DNA from: a virus
DNA length: 12,882 bases
UHGV virus genome: UHGV-0331123
Direction: 5' to 3' (one strand)
Part shown: positions 1 to 6,015 of the stretch, one piece after another
How the letters are laid out: each line of letters starts with the position of its first letter
Position numbering within the stretch: position 1 is the first letter of the stretch
Program-made: the position numbers and the translations under genes
Notes under the pieces: generated by a model
The model's database searches: none
Seen by the model: the letters and a program-made list of their open reading frames with translations, nothing else
What the model was told of the DNA's origin: nothing

Positions 1-378
1 CGCGAAGTGGTGAAACACTCCAGAAGCGGGGAATCTGTTATCAAGGAAGAGTGGGTGAAGGAACTGTGTCAGCATTGTCATGGTAAGGGAGAAGTCAGCA
101 CAGCGTGCAGAGGGTGTAAGGGTAAAGGTATTGTCCTGGATGAAAAAAGAACCCGGCTTCATGGCACGCCTGTTTATAAGGTTTGTGGGCGTTGCAATGG
201 AAACCGGTTTAGCCGTTTACCAACCACACTGGCGCGGCTTCATGTCCAGAAGCTGGTACCAGACCTGACGGATTATCAGTGGTACAAAGGATATGCAGAT
301 GTCATTGATAAACTGGTTACAAAGTGCTGGCAGGAAGAAGCATATGCAGAGATACAATTGAGAAAGGTGACAAGATAA
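1..378 (+). CDS. Late-gene antiterminator Q-like protein, 5'-partial (frame is open to the window edge); carries three CxxCxGxG zinc-finger repeats
   Basis: ORF open from position 1, stop at 376-378. Motifs CQHCHGKGE, CRGCKGKGI and CGRCNGNRF resemble DnaJ-type Cys-rich repeats. Sits immediately upstream of a promoter-like region, a terminator and the lysis cassette, which is the Q position in lambdoid phages. Assignment is positional plus motif, not a recognised sequence match. Confidence 0.45.
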   Translation, partial: REVVKHSRSGESVIKEEWVKELCQHCHGKGEVSTACRGCKGKGIVLDEKRTRLHGTPVYKVCGRCNGNRFSRLPTTLARLHVQKLVPDLTDYQWYKGYADVIDKLVTKCWQEEAYAEIQLRKVTR

Positions 379-409
379 ATGGTTTTCGCCGAAGATGACG
401 ACATGATGC

Positions 410-445
410 TTGCGTTTTTCAAAAAATATGGATAAGATTTTCACA
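410..445 (+). promoter_or_regulatory. Candidate late promoter (pR'-like) downstream of Q
   Basis: TTGCGT at 410-415, 17-bp spacer, TAAGAT at 433-438; lies between the Q stop and the hairpin terminator at 487-509, the lambda pR'/qut/tR' arrangement. The -10 element is weak. Confidence 0.2.
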
Positions 446-486
446 ACGATGGGCTTTGTATGTCTACCGTTGATAAGATTTAAGAA

Positions 487-509
487 CCCGCCACTGAGCG
501 GGTTTTTTT
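487..509 (+). terminator. Rho-independent terminator (tR'-like)
   Basis: Stem CCCGC (487-491) / GCGGG (498-502), 6-nt loop, then seven T (503-509). Confidence 0.6.
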
Positions 510-631
510 GTACCTGTAAACTTGGTGCAGTACAGTAAACACGCTGGTGGTCGTGAATACTGACTTTTTATCTTGCTGGCTTTTTAGACAAGAGTTACTG
601 GTATGTCATGTTAACCAGAAGGGAAAAAGAC

Positions 632-835
632 ATGCTAAAACAGCAAGATATGACAGAAACCGCCGCCGCAGTCCTTCATTTCTTACCTGCTGACAAGTGG
701 GTAACGCCACGCATGATGACGAGAACTACCGGAGTAAGCGAAGCCCGGTGCCAGTTAATACTGACTCAGTTAGTTCTGGCGGGGCTGGCGAAGGATAACG
801 GCGGGTACGGGAATAAATTCAGACGCTGCCAGTAA
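632..835 (+). CDS. Small (67 aa) hypothetical protein, possible winged-helix DNA-binding protein (FaeA/PapI-like architecture)
   Basis: ATG at 632 preceded by AAGGGA; the track start at 608 has no Shine-Dalgarno. The segment VTPRMMTRTTGVSEARCQLILTQLVLAGL looks like a helix-turn-helix with recognition helix; resemblance to PapI/FaeA is from memory of family architecture only. Confidence 0.45.
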   Translation: MLKQQDMTETAAAVLHFLPADKWVTPRMMTRTTGVSEARCQLILTQLVLAGLAKDNGGYGNKFRRCQ

Positions 836-985
836 TGGCGGTTTCCTGCTGTGAAAATGGGCGGCTGGTGGGTGTTGGTAGCACCTGCCAGCCATTCGCT
901 CATGCTTACTGGTCACAAGCGAACCACGGCCCACTGCTTTAGCGCAAAAGCAGAGTGAGCCTACCAGAGTTACGCTTACTGATCC

Positions 986-2038
986 ATGAAAAATACTGTA
1001 AAAATAAACAGTGTTGATTTAATCAACGCTGATTGCCTGCATTTTATTCAGTCCCTGCCTGATGATTCCATTGACCTGATTGTTACCGATCCGCCGTACT
1101 TCAAGGTGAAACCCAACGGCTGGGACAATCAGTGGAAAGGGGACGAAGATTACCTTAAGTGGCTGGACCACTGTCTGGCCCAGTTCTGGCGGGTGTTAAA
1201 GCCTGCCGGAAGCCTTTACCTGTTCTGTGGGCATCGCCTGGCATCTGATATTGAGATCATGATGCGTGAACGTTTCAACGTGCTTAACCATATCATCTGG
1301 GCGAAGCCGTCCGGACGTTGGAATGGGTGTAATAAAGAAAGTCTGCGCGCATATTTTCCTGCCACAGAGCGCGTTCTGTTTGCTGAACATTACCAGGGGC
1401 CATATCGCGGCAAAAGTGACGGCTATGCGGCAAAAGAAAGGGAACTCAAACAGCACATAATGGCACCGCTGATATCGTATTTCAGGGATGCTCGTGCCGA
1501 ACTGGGTATAACGGCAAAACAAATTGCCGAAGCCACAGGTAAGAAAAATATGGTTTCCCACTGGTTTGGTGCCAGTCAGTGGCAGTTGCCGAATGAGGCT
1601 GACTATCGGAAGTTACAGGCACTGTTTTCCCGTATAGCGGCAGAGAAGTTTCAGGAACAACAACTGGAACAACCACACCACCAGCTGGTGGCATCTTATG
1701 ATTCACTGAATCGCAAATATTCTGAATTGCTGGATGAGTTTAAATCTCTCCGGCGCTATTTCTCCGTATCAGTCTCCGTGCCTTATACCGATGTCTGGAT
1801 GCATAAACCCGTTCAGTTCTACCCGGGTAAACATCCGTGTGAGAAACCTGCGGATATGCTCCGGCAAATAATCAATGCCAGTAGTCGACCTGGTGATCTG
1901 GTTGCTGATTTTTTTATGGGATCCGGTTCCACAATAAAAGCAGCAATGGCGCTGGGGCGTCGGGCCTTAGGTGTTGAGCTTGAGTCAGAGCGGTTTAACC
2001 AGACAGTGAAAGAGATAAACGAGCTGGTGGGGAAATAA
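986..2038 (+). CDS. DNA N6-adenine methyltransferase, beta class (N6_N4_Mtase family), phage-borne orphan
   Basis: 350 aa. Motif IV DPPY near the N-terminus (LIVTDPPYF) and motif I FxGxG near the C-terminus (DFFMGSGST); order IV then I defines the beta class. DPPY rather than SPPY favours N6-adenine. No cognate restriction gene is adjacent. Confidence 0.85.
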   Translation: MKNTVKINSVDLINADCLHFIQSLPDDSIDLIVTDPPYFKVKPNGWDNQWKGDEDYLKWLDHCLAQFWRVLKPAGSLYLFCGHRLASDIEIMMRERFNVLNHIIWAKPSGRWNGCNKESLRAYFPATERVLFAEHYQGPYRGKSDGYAAKERELKQHIMAPLISYFRDARAELGITAKQIAEATGKKNMVSHWFGASQWQLPNEADYRKLQALFSRIAAEKFQEQQLEQPHHQLVASYDSLNRKYSELLDEFKSLRRYFSVSVSVPYTDVWMHKPVQFYPGKHPCEKPADMLRQIINASSRPGDLVADFFMGSGSTIKAAMALGRRALGVELESERFNQTVKEINELVGK

Positions 2039-2044
2039 TCTGGT

Positions 2045-2066
2045 GGCCACGTAGGTGGCCTTTTTA
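2045..2066 (+). terminator. Rho-independent terminator between methyltransferase and holin
   Basis: Stem GGCCAC (2045-2050) / GTGGCC (2055-2060), loop GTAG, then TTTTTATTT. Confidence 0.5.
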
Positions 2067-2104
2067 TTTCCATTACACAGCACCCGCATCTGCGAGGTGG
2101 GGTT

Positions 2105-2320
2105 ATGAAATCCATGGATAAGTTAACAACGGGTGTCGCCTATGGCACCTCAGCAGGTAGTGCCGGGTACTGGTTTTTACAGTTGCTCGATAAAGTCACG
2201 CCCTCACAGTGGGCGGCAATAGGTGTGCTGGGTAGTCTGGTATTTGGCTTGCTGACGTATCTGACAAACCTTTATTTCAAGATTAAAGAAGACAAGCGTA
2301 AGGCTGCACGGGGAGAGTAA
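2105..2320 (+). CDS. Pinholin, phage 21 S-type, with dual-start motif (antiholin from Met1, holin from Met4)
   Basis: 71 aa beginning MKSMDK (ATG at 2105 and 2114). Closely matches my memory of phage 21 S21 ([45 protein letters not shown]). Two predicted TM helices; followed by a SAR endolysin, the expected partner. Confidence 0.9.
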
Positions 2321-2324
2321 TTCA

Positions 2325-2669
2325 ATGACTCAAAAATATGAACTGATTGTGAAAGGGATCCGCAATTTTGAGAATAAAGTTACGGTAACTTTAGCGTTAC
2401 GGGACAAAGAACGCTTTGACGGTGAAATTTTTGACCTGGACATCTCGCTGGACCGTGTTGAAGGTGCCGCGCTGGAGTTTTATGAGGCAGCAGCCAGAAG
2501 GAGCATCAGACAGGTCTTCCTGGATGTTGCTGCCGGGTTATGTGAAGGGGATGAGCTGTCGCCGGAAAAGCGCCCCATAATTTTAGAGGCGCAGAATGTG
2601 TGGATAACCTACAAAGGAAAGCTACCGGGAAGAATTACTGGTTCTCTGAAGACTCCGCCGAAATGGTAA
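2325..2669 (+). CDS. Hypothetical protein (114 aa) inserted between holin and endolysin
   Basis: ATG at 2325 with GGAG 9 nt upstream, 4 bp after the holin stop; no motif I recognise. The 3' end overlaps a convergent minus-strand ORF by about 35 bp. Confidence 0.55.
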   Translation: MTQKYELIVKGIRNFENKVTVTLALRDKERFDGEIFDLDISLDRVEGAALEFYEAAARRSIRQVFLDVAAGLCEGDELSPEKRPIILEAQNVWITYKGKLPGRITGSLKTPPKW

Positions 2670-2907
2670 TTTCACCAGCATATTTTTCTTCCAGTAATAC
2701 CGCCAGCCACTTGAAAGAATTTTGTTGTTGCTGGGACCATTTGGGGTTGAGTGATTCAAGCTGGAGCGATGCCAGTGTTGGTTGCATTTGTTCCTTGGGA
2801 ATTGAGAATGCCAGATATGAAAATGCGACAGTAAGGGCATTTACATCATCCCGAAGCTTGGAAATGCAGTCGAGCAACTCCTGTAGAGAAATGGTGCTAT
2901 TGTCCAT
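2635..2907 (-). CDS. Hypothetical protein (90 aa), convergent to the lysis genes
   Basis: ATG at 2907 on the minus strand with GAGAGG 7 nt upstream; the track start at 2913 is a TTG. Balanced, helical-looking composition and lower GC than its surroundings. Confidence 0.5.
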   Translation of the reverse strand: MDNSTISLQELLDCISKLRDDVNALTVAFSYLAFSIPKEQMQPTLASLQLESLNPKWSQQQQNSFKWLAVLLEEKYAGEITISAESSENQ

Positions 2908-3012
2908 AAACAATCCTCTCTATTGTATTTAACTATTCCTTGCCTGATTCAACAGGCCGGGACAGATAAACATATCCAGGGTTCAGAAACCGATAAATCC
3001 TGATAAATATCC

Positions 3013-3555
3013 ATGAACGTAAAAATCAGATACGGCCTGTCGGCTGCCGTTCTGGCACTGATTGCCGTCGGTGCGCCTGCGCCTGATATTCTCGACCAGT
3101 TTCTGAATGAAAAAGAAGGTAACCACACAACGGCATACCGCGATGGTTCCGGCATCTGGACCATCTGTCGGGGTGCCACGGTGGTGGATGGAAAACCCGT
3201 TTTTCCCGGTATGAAACTGTCGAAGGAAAAATGCGACCAGGTTAACGCCATTGAACGGGATAAGGCGCTGGCATGGGTGGAGCGCAATATTAAAGTGCCA
3301 CTGACCGAACCACAGAAAGCGGGTATAGCGTCATTTTGTCCCTATAACATTGGCCCCGGTAAGTGTTTCCCGTCGACGTTTTATAAGCGGCTGAATGCCG
3401 ATGATCGTAAGGGGGCATGCGAGGCGATTCGCTGGTGGATAAAAGATGGTGGGCGTGATTGCCGCCTGACAAAAGGGCAGAAGAATGGCTGTTATGGGCA
3501 GGTCGAGCGGCGCGATCAGGAAAGCGCACTGGCGTGCTGGGGGCTGGAGCAATGA
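3013..3555 (+). CDS. SAR (signal-anchor-release) endolysin, T4-lysozyme-like glycoside hydrolase, phage 21 R-type
   Basis: Gly/Ala-rich weakly hydrophobic N-terminal segment (GLSAAVLALIAVGAPAP) typical of a SAR domain. Catalytic triad at exactly E35, D44, T50 (EGNHTTAYRDGSGIWT), the spacing of R21 and T4 lysozyme. Stop overlaps the Rz start (ATGA). Confidence 0.9.
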   Translation: MNVKIRYGLSAAVLALIAVGAPAPDILDQFLNEKEGNHTTAYRDGSGIWTICRGATVVDGKPVFPGMKLSKEKCDQVNAIERDKALAWVERNIKVPLTEPQKAGIASFCPYNIGPGKCFPSTFYKRLNADDRKGACEAIRWWIKDGGRDCRLTKGQKNGCYGQVERRDQESALACWGLEQ

Positions 3556-4088
3556 AAATTAATCCGGATCTTATAGGCGTTGTCGTTATTGCTGGCCTTT
3601 CGGTCGCTCTCGTCAAGAGTTGCTCTCACGCCAGTAATCTTCAGAGCGATAACGACGTTCTGCGAAGTGACAACTCTATGCTGGGGCAGGTAATCGCCAC
3701 CCAGGCATTCAACTTCAATCGATTCAATCAGGTTGCAGAACATGCCAACAGTCTTAACTCCCTGATCGACACCAGCACCGAAAAAACCGTAATCGAATAC
3801 CGGGAGATTCTCCGCCGTGAAAAAACCTGTGATCTGCCTGTTCCTGCTGATATCGCTGGTGGGTTGCTCGAATACACGTACCGTTTACGTGCCAGCGCCA
3901 TGCACACCGATACCGGCAGACCTAATGAAGCCTATGATCGTACCGCTACCACCAGCTCAATGACCTACTGCCAAGCTGTCTTGTGGATTAAGCCGCTACT
4001 GGCGTTGATAGAAAAAGGAAATAATAATTTTTCGAGTATTCGTGAAATTGATGAGTTGCGTTACAGACCATCTGAGCATGGCCAGTAA
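3552..4088 (+). CDS. Rz-like inner-membrane spanin (i-spanin)
   Basis: ATG at 3552 overlaps the endolysin stop; N-terminal TM helix (LIGVVVIAGLSVALV) then a periplasmic helical domain; contains an embedded +1-frame lipoprotein ORF. The C-terminal roughly 30 codons lie in AT-rich DNA. Confidence 0.8.
   Translation: MKINPDLIGVVVIAGLSVALVKSCSHASNLQSDNDVLRSDNSMLGQVIATQAFNFNRFNQVAEHANSLNSLIDTSTEKTVIEYREILRREKTCDLPVPADIAGGLLEYTYRLRASAMHTDTGRPNEAYDRTATTSSMTYCQAVLWIKPLLALIEKGNNNFSSIREIDELRYRPSEHGQ
3817..3963 (+). CDS. Rz1-like outer-membrane lipoprotein spanin (o-spanin), embedded in the +1 frame of Rz
   Basis: Translation by hand: (GTG)KKPVICLFLLISLVGCSNTRTVYVPAPCTPIPADLMKPMIVPLPPAQ. Signal peptide with lipobox LVGC and a Pro-rich mature part, as in lambda Rz1. 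Start is GTG with GGGAGA upstream. Too short for the ORF track. Confidence 0.65.
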   Translation: MKKPVICLFLLISLVGCSNTRTVYVPAPCTPIPADLMKPMIVPLPPAQ

Positions 4089-4165
4089 GGTTGCAGGAAA
4101 TTTAAAATCTGGCGATGAAATTTAATATTAGAAATTCATTGCCTAGTGAGATTAATAATGGGCAT

Positions 4166-4203
4166 CCCTTTGTGACGATAAGCTTTAACACATTCACAAA
4201 GGG
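4166..4203. terminator. 10-bp perfect hairpin between the Rz stop and the 3' end of the minus-strand moron; possible bidirectional terminator
   Basis: CCCTTTGTGA (4166-4175) and TCACAAAGGG (4194-4203) flank an 18-nt loop and are followed by ATATTTAATAT on the + strand. No clean U-tract on either side, so terminator function is uncertain. Confidence 0.35.
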
Positions 4204-4256
4204 ATATTTAATATAGGGTGGTTAATTCCCACTTGCTGTGGTGTTTAGGGGGTAAT

Positions 4257-4949
4257 TCAAATCTTATCTAACTCATTATAGGCTTCGATAATAAAAATTC
4301 TGATTTTAATAAGGCATGATTCAATGAAAGGAATTACTTCATGGTCATTCCCATGGAATCTTATTTTTTTCTCTTCGGTAATGACTATGTTTAAAGGTAC
4401 ACCATTACCACTTCTTTGTAATTTCCCATTTTCGAAAGTAAAGTCTTCTAATTTTTTGCCATTGATGTGGTTGTTTTTAAAGAGAATTTTTGCTGAGCTT
4501 CCTGCTGTGATTAAACCAAAACCATCTACGCTCACACTTAGGTCTTTAACAGAACTCTCTTCTCTTAAGGGGATTGGTTGTCTGTGCTTTACTTCATTAG
4601 TGAGATTACACATCATTTCCAACCAAGATTCGCCAGTGTGATAATCCTGTATAGAAGTAAAAATTTTATATAATGGAGAAGATGATGGTGGGTTTATTTT
4701 TAGCGTCTTTGAGAAAAATTTATCAATAAACTCTCTTTTTCCGTAAGGGAAATATATTTTGGGGCGCTCATCATTACTGCGTGGAGAAATATATTTATCA
4801 TAGGTATCATTAGCGAGATACTCTAAGGAACTTCGTAAGTTTTCCAAAATAGCTTTGACTTTTACAGGCTTGATATGCTGTGTCTGTCTCATTATGTCAA
4901 GACTTTCTTCAACTTCTTGCAATAAGTCCAACGAGCCTTCTCTAGACAT
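4257..4949 (-). CDS. Hypothetical 230-aa protein on an AT-rich moron at the lambda bor position; candidate lysogenic-conversion or anti-phage gene
   Basis: Minus-strand ORF with strong Shine-Dalgarno (AAGGAG about 10 nt upstream of ATG at 4949). GC is visibly much lower than the flanking phage genes and it runs opposite to the late operon, with AT-rich promoter-like DNA upstream (4950-5100). No catalytic motif I can name. Confidence 0.7.
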   Translation of the reverse strand: MSREGSLDLLQEVEESLDIMRQTQHIKPVKVKAILENLRSSLEYLANDTYDKYISPRSNDERPKIYFPYGKREFIDKFFSKTLKINPPSSSPLYKIFTSIQDYHTGESWLEMMCNLTNEVKHRQPIPLREESSVKDLSVSVDGFGLITAGSSAKILFKNNHINGKKLEDFTFENGKLQRSGNGVPLNIVITEEKKIRFHGNDHEVIPFIESCLIKIRIFIIEAYNELDKI

Positions 4950-5299
4950 ACAGGTAATTCTCCTTTATGAATTTTCAACATGTTATAACTAATAATATAT
5001 TTATCATATAACTGTATGAATAAATTGTGAGATTAGTAATGCAAGTTTCTATCCATAGTGTTCTCTAAGTACCCGCTTCCATCATGTTGTTACGGACGGT
5101 ATGGCTAAAACAAAGCACCTGAAGTTAAACGTTCTGAACTTTATGCTCGTTGAGCATATGAATTATCTGTAACCCGATGCGCTGGTTGTGGTTCACATTG
5201 ATGGTCGTAATCAGCAGCGGTGGTGCCTGATGGCATGCAACTTCTTACTTATAAAACTTCGTATGGAATTGTTGCCATAACGAGCCCAGCTTAGCAGTT

Positions 5300-5400
5300 T
5301 TTAATGGGTCCTCCCGGCAGTGTGTCCTGCCACGGGGCGGGAGCGTCGCGGAAAAAGGCTAGTTTTTGAAATTTCATTCGTCATCACCACTACTGTAATG
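5300..5400. other. cos site (cosQ-cosN-cosB region), lambda-like
   Basis: GGGTCCTCCCGG...CACG|GGGCGGGAGCGT|CGCGG closely parallels remembered lambda cos (…GGGTCCTTTCCGG…TTACG|GGGCGGCGACCT|CGCGGG…). By analogy the 12-nt cohesive end is 5335-5346. The distance to the terS start (about 175 bp) is similar to lambda's, and a TTCGTCAT motif lies downstream as in lambda. Confidence 0.7.
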
Positions 5401-5520
5401 TATTGATATTACGGTTATTTTATTTTTATGGTGTCGATTTTGATTGTTTTTTGTTCACCACTAACACCGTTTGCCTAAAGTTGTTCGCAAGATGCATGTT
5501 TAAAACATTCTGGAGCGGGT

Positions 5521-6015
5521 ATGGATCGAGAGTTAAAAAATCTGACGCTGAATATCAGTCAACTGGCGGCACTGTCAGGTGTACATCGCCAGACTGCTGC
5601 GGCAAGGCTGCAAAATCTACCCGTTGCAGGGGGGCATGAAAGCAACCTCAAGCTTTATCGGGTGGTTGATATTGTGTCGGCATTTCTGGCATTGCCACCG
5701 CCGGTTGCAGAAGGCGAAATGGACGCGCATGAGCGCAAAGCCTGGTATCAGTCTGAACGTGAGCGTCTTAAGTTCGAACAGGAAACGGCACAACTCATTC
5801 CGGCCAGTGATGTCAGACGGGAGTTTGCCATCTGGGCAAAAGCGGTCGTGCAGGTGCTGGAGACATTACCGGATATTCTTGAACGTGACTGCGGTCTGCA
5901 GCCTGCCGCTGTGAGCCGTGTTCAGTCCATTATTGATGATCTGCGCGATCAGATAGCCCTGCGGGTGACTGAAGCAGGTGCGGATGATGAGGAGGAATTA
6001 CAGCAGGAGGAGTAA
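5521..6015 (+). CDS. Terminase small subunit (Nu1-like, N-terminal HTH)
   Basis: GGAG 6 nt upstream of ATG 5521; helix-turn-helix LNISQLAALSGVHRQTAAARL; acidic C-terminus; stop overlaps the terL start (TAATG); directly downstream of cos. Confidence 0.8.
   Translation: MDRELKNLTLNISQLAALSGVHRQTAAARLQNLPVAGGHESNLKLYRVVDIVSAFLALPPPVAEGEMDAHERKAWYQSERERLKFEQETAQLIPASDVRREFAIWAKAVVQVLETLPDILERDCGLQPAAVSRVQSIIDDLRDQIALRVTEAGADDEEELQQEE

Noticed and set aside
836-985. Possible tRNA or small RNA between the wHTH ORF and the methyltransferase
   Set aside because: Lambdoid phages often carry tRNAs in the Q-S interval, but I found only a single 7-bp hairpin (CTGCTTT…AAAGCAG near 929-948) and no cloverleaf-compatible set of stems.
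1196-1706. Track ORFs 1196-1561 (-), 1266-1460 (+) and 1482-1706 (-) inside the methyltransferase gene
   Set aside because: Antisense or out-of-frame overlaps of a well-supported CDS; no ribosome-binding sites; low-complexity, Arg/Cys-rich translations.
2600-2932. Track ORF 2600-2932 (+, 110 aa) in the S-R insert
   Set aside because: Overlaps the minus-strand ORF 2635-2907, which has a clear Shine-Dalgarno and more protein-like composition; the + translation is Ser/Cys-rich and has no RBS. Kept only the minus-strand call, though which strand is coding remains uncertain.
3459-3551. N-terminal extension of the Rz ORF (track start 3459)
   Set aside because: The extension lies inside the endolysin gene in another frame. 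ATG 3552 overlapping the endolysin stop and followed by a TM helix is the canonical Rz start.
4324-4641. Track ORF 4324-4641 (+, 105 aa) in the AT-rich moron
   Set aside because: Antisense to the better-supported minus-strand gene 4257-4949; no RBS; Phe/Leu-rich translation typical of AT-rich antisense DNA.
5403-5914. Track ORFs 5403-5639 (+) and 5579-5914 (+) near cos and terS
   Set aside because: The first spans the cosB region upstream of terS and has no RBS; the second is an out-of-frame overlap of terS. Terminase-binding sites are the better explanation for 5400-5520.
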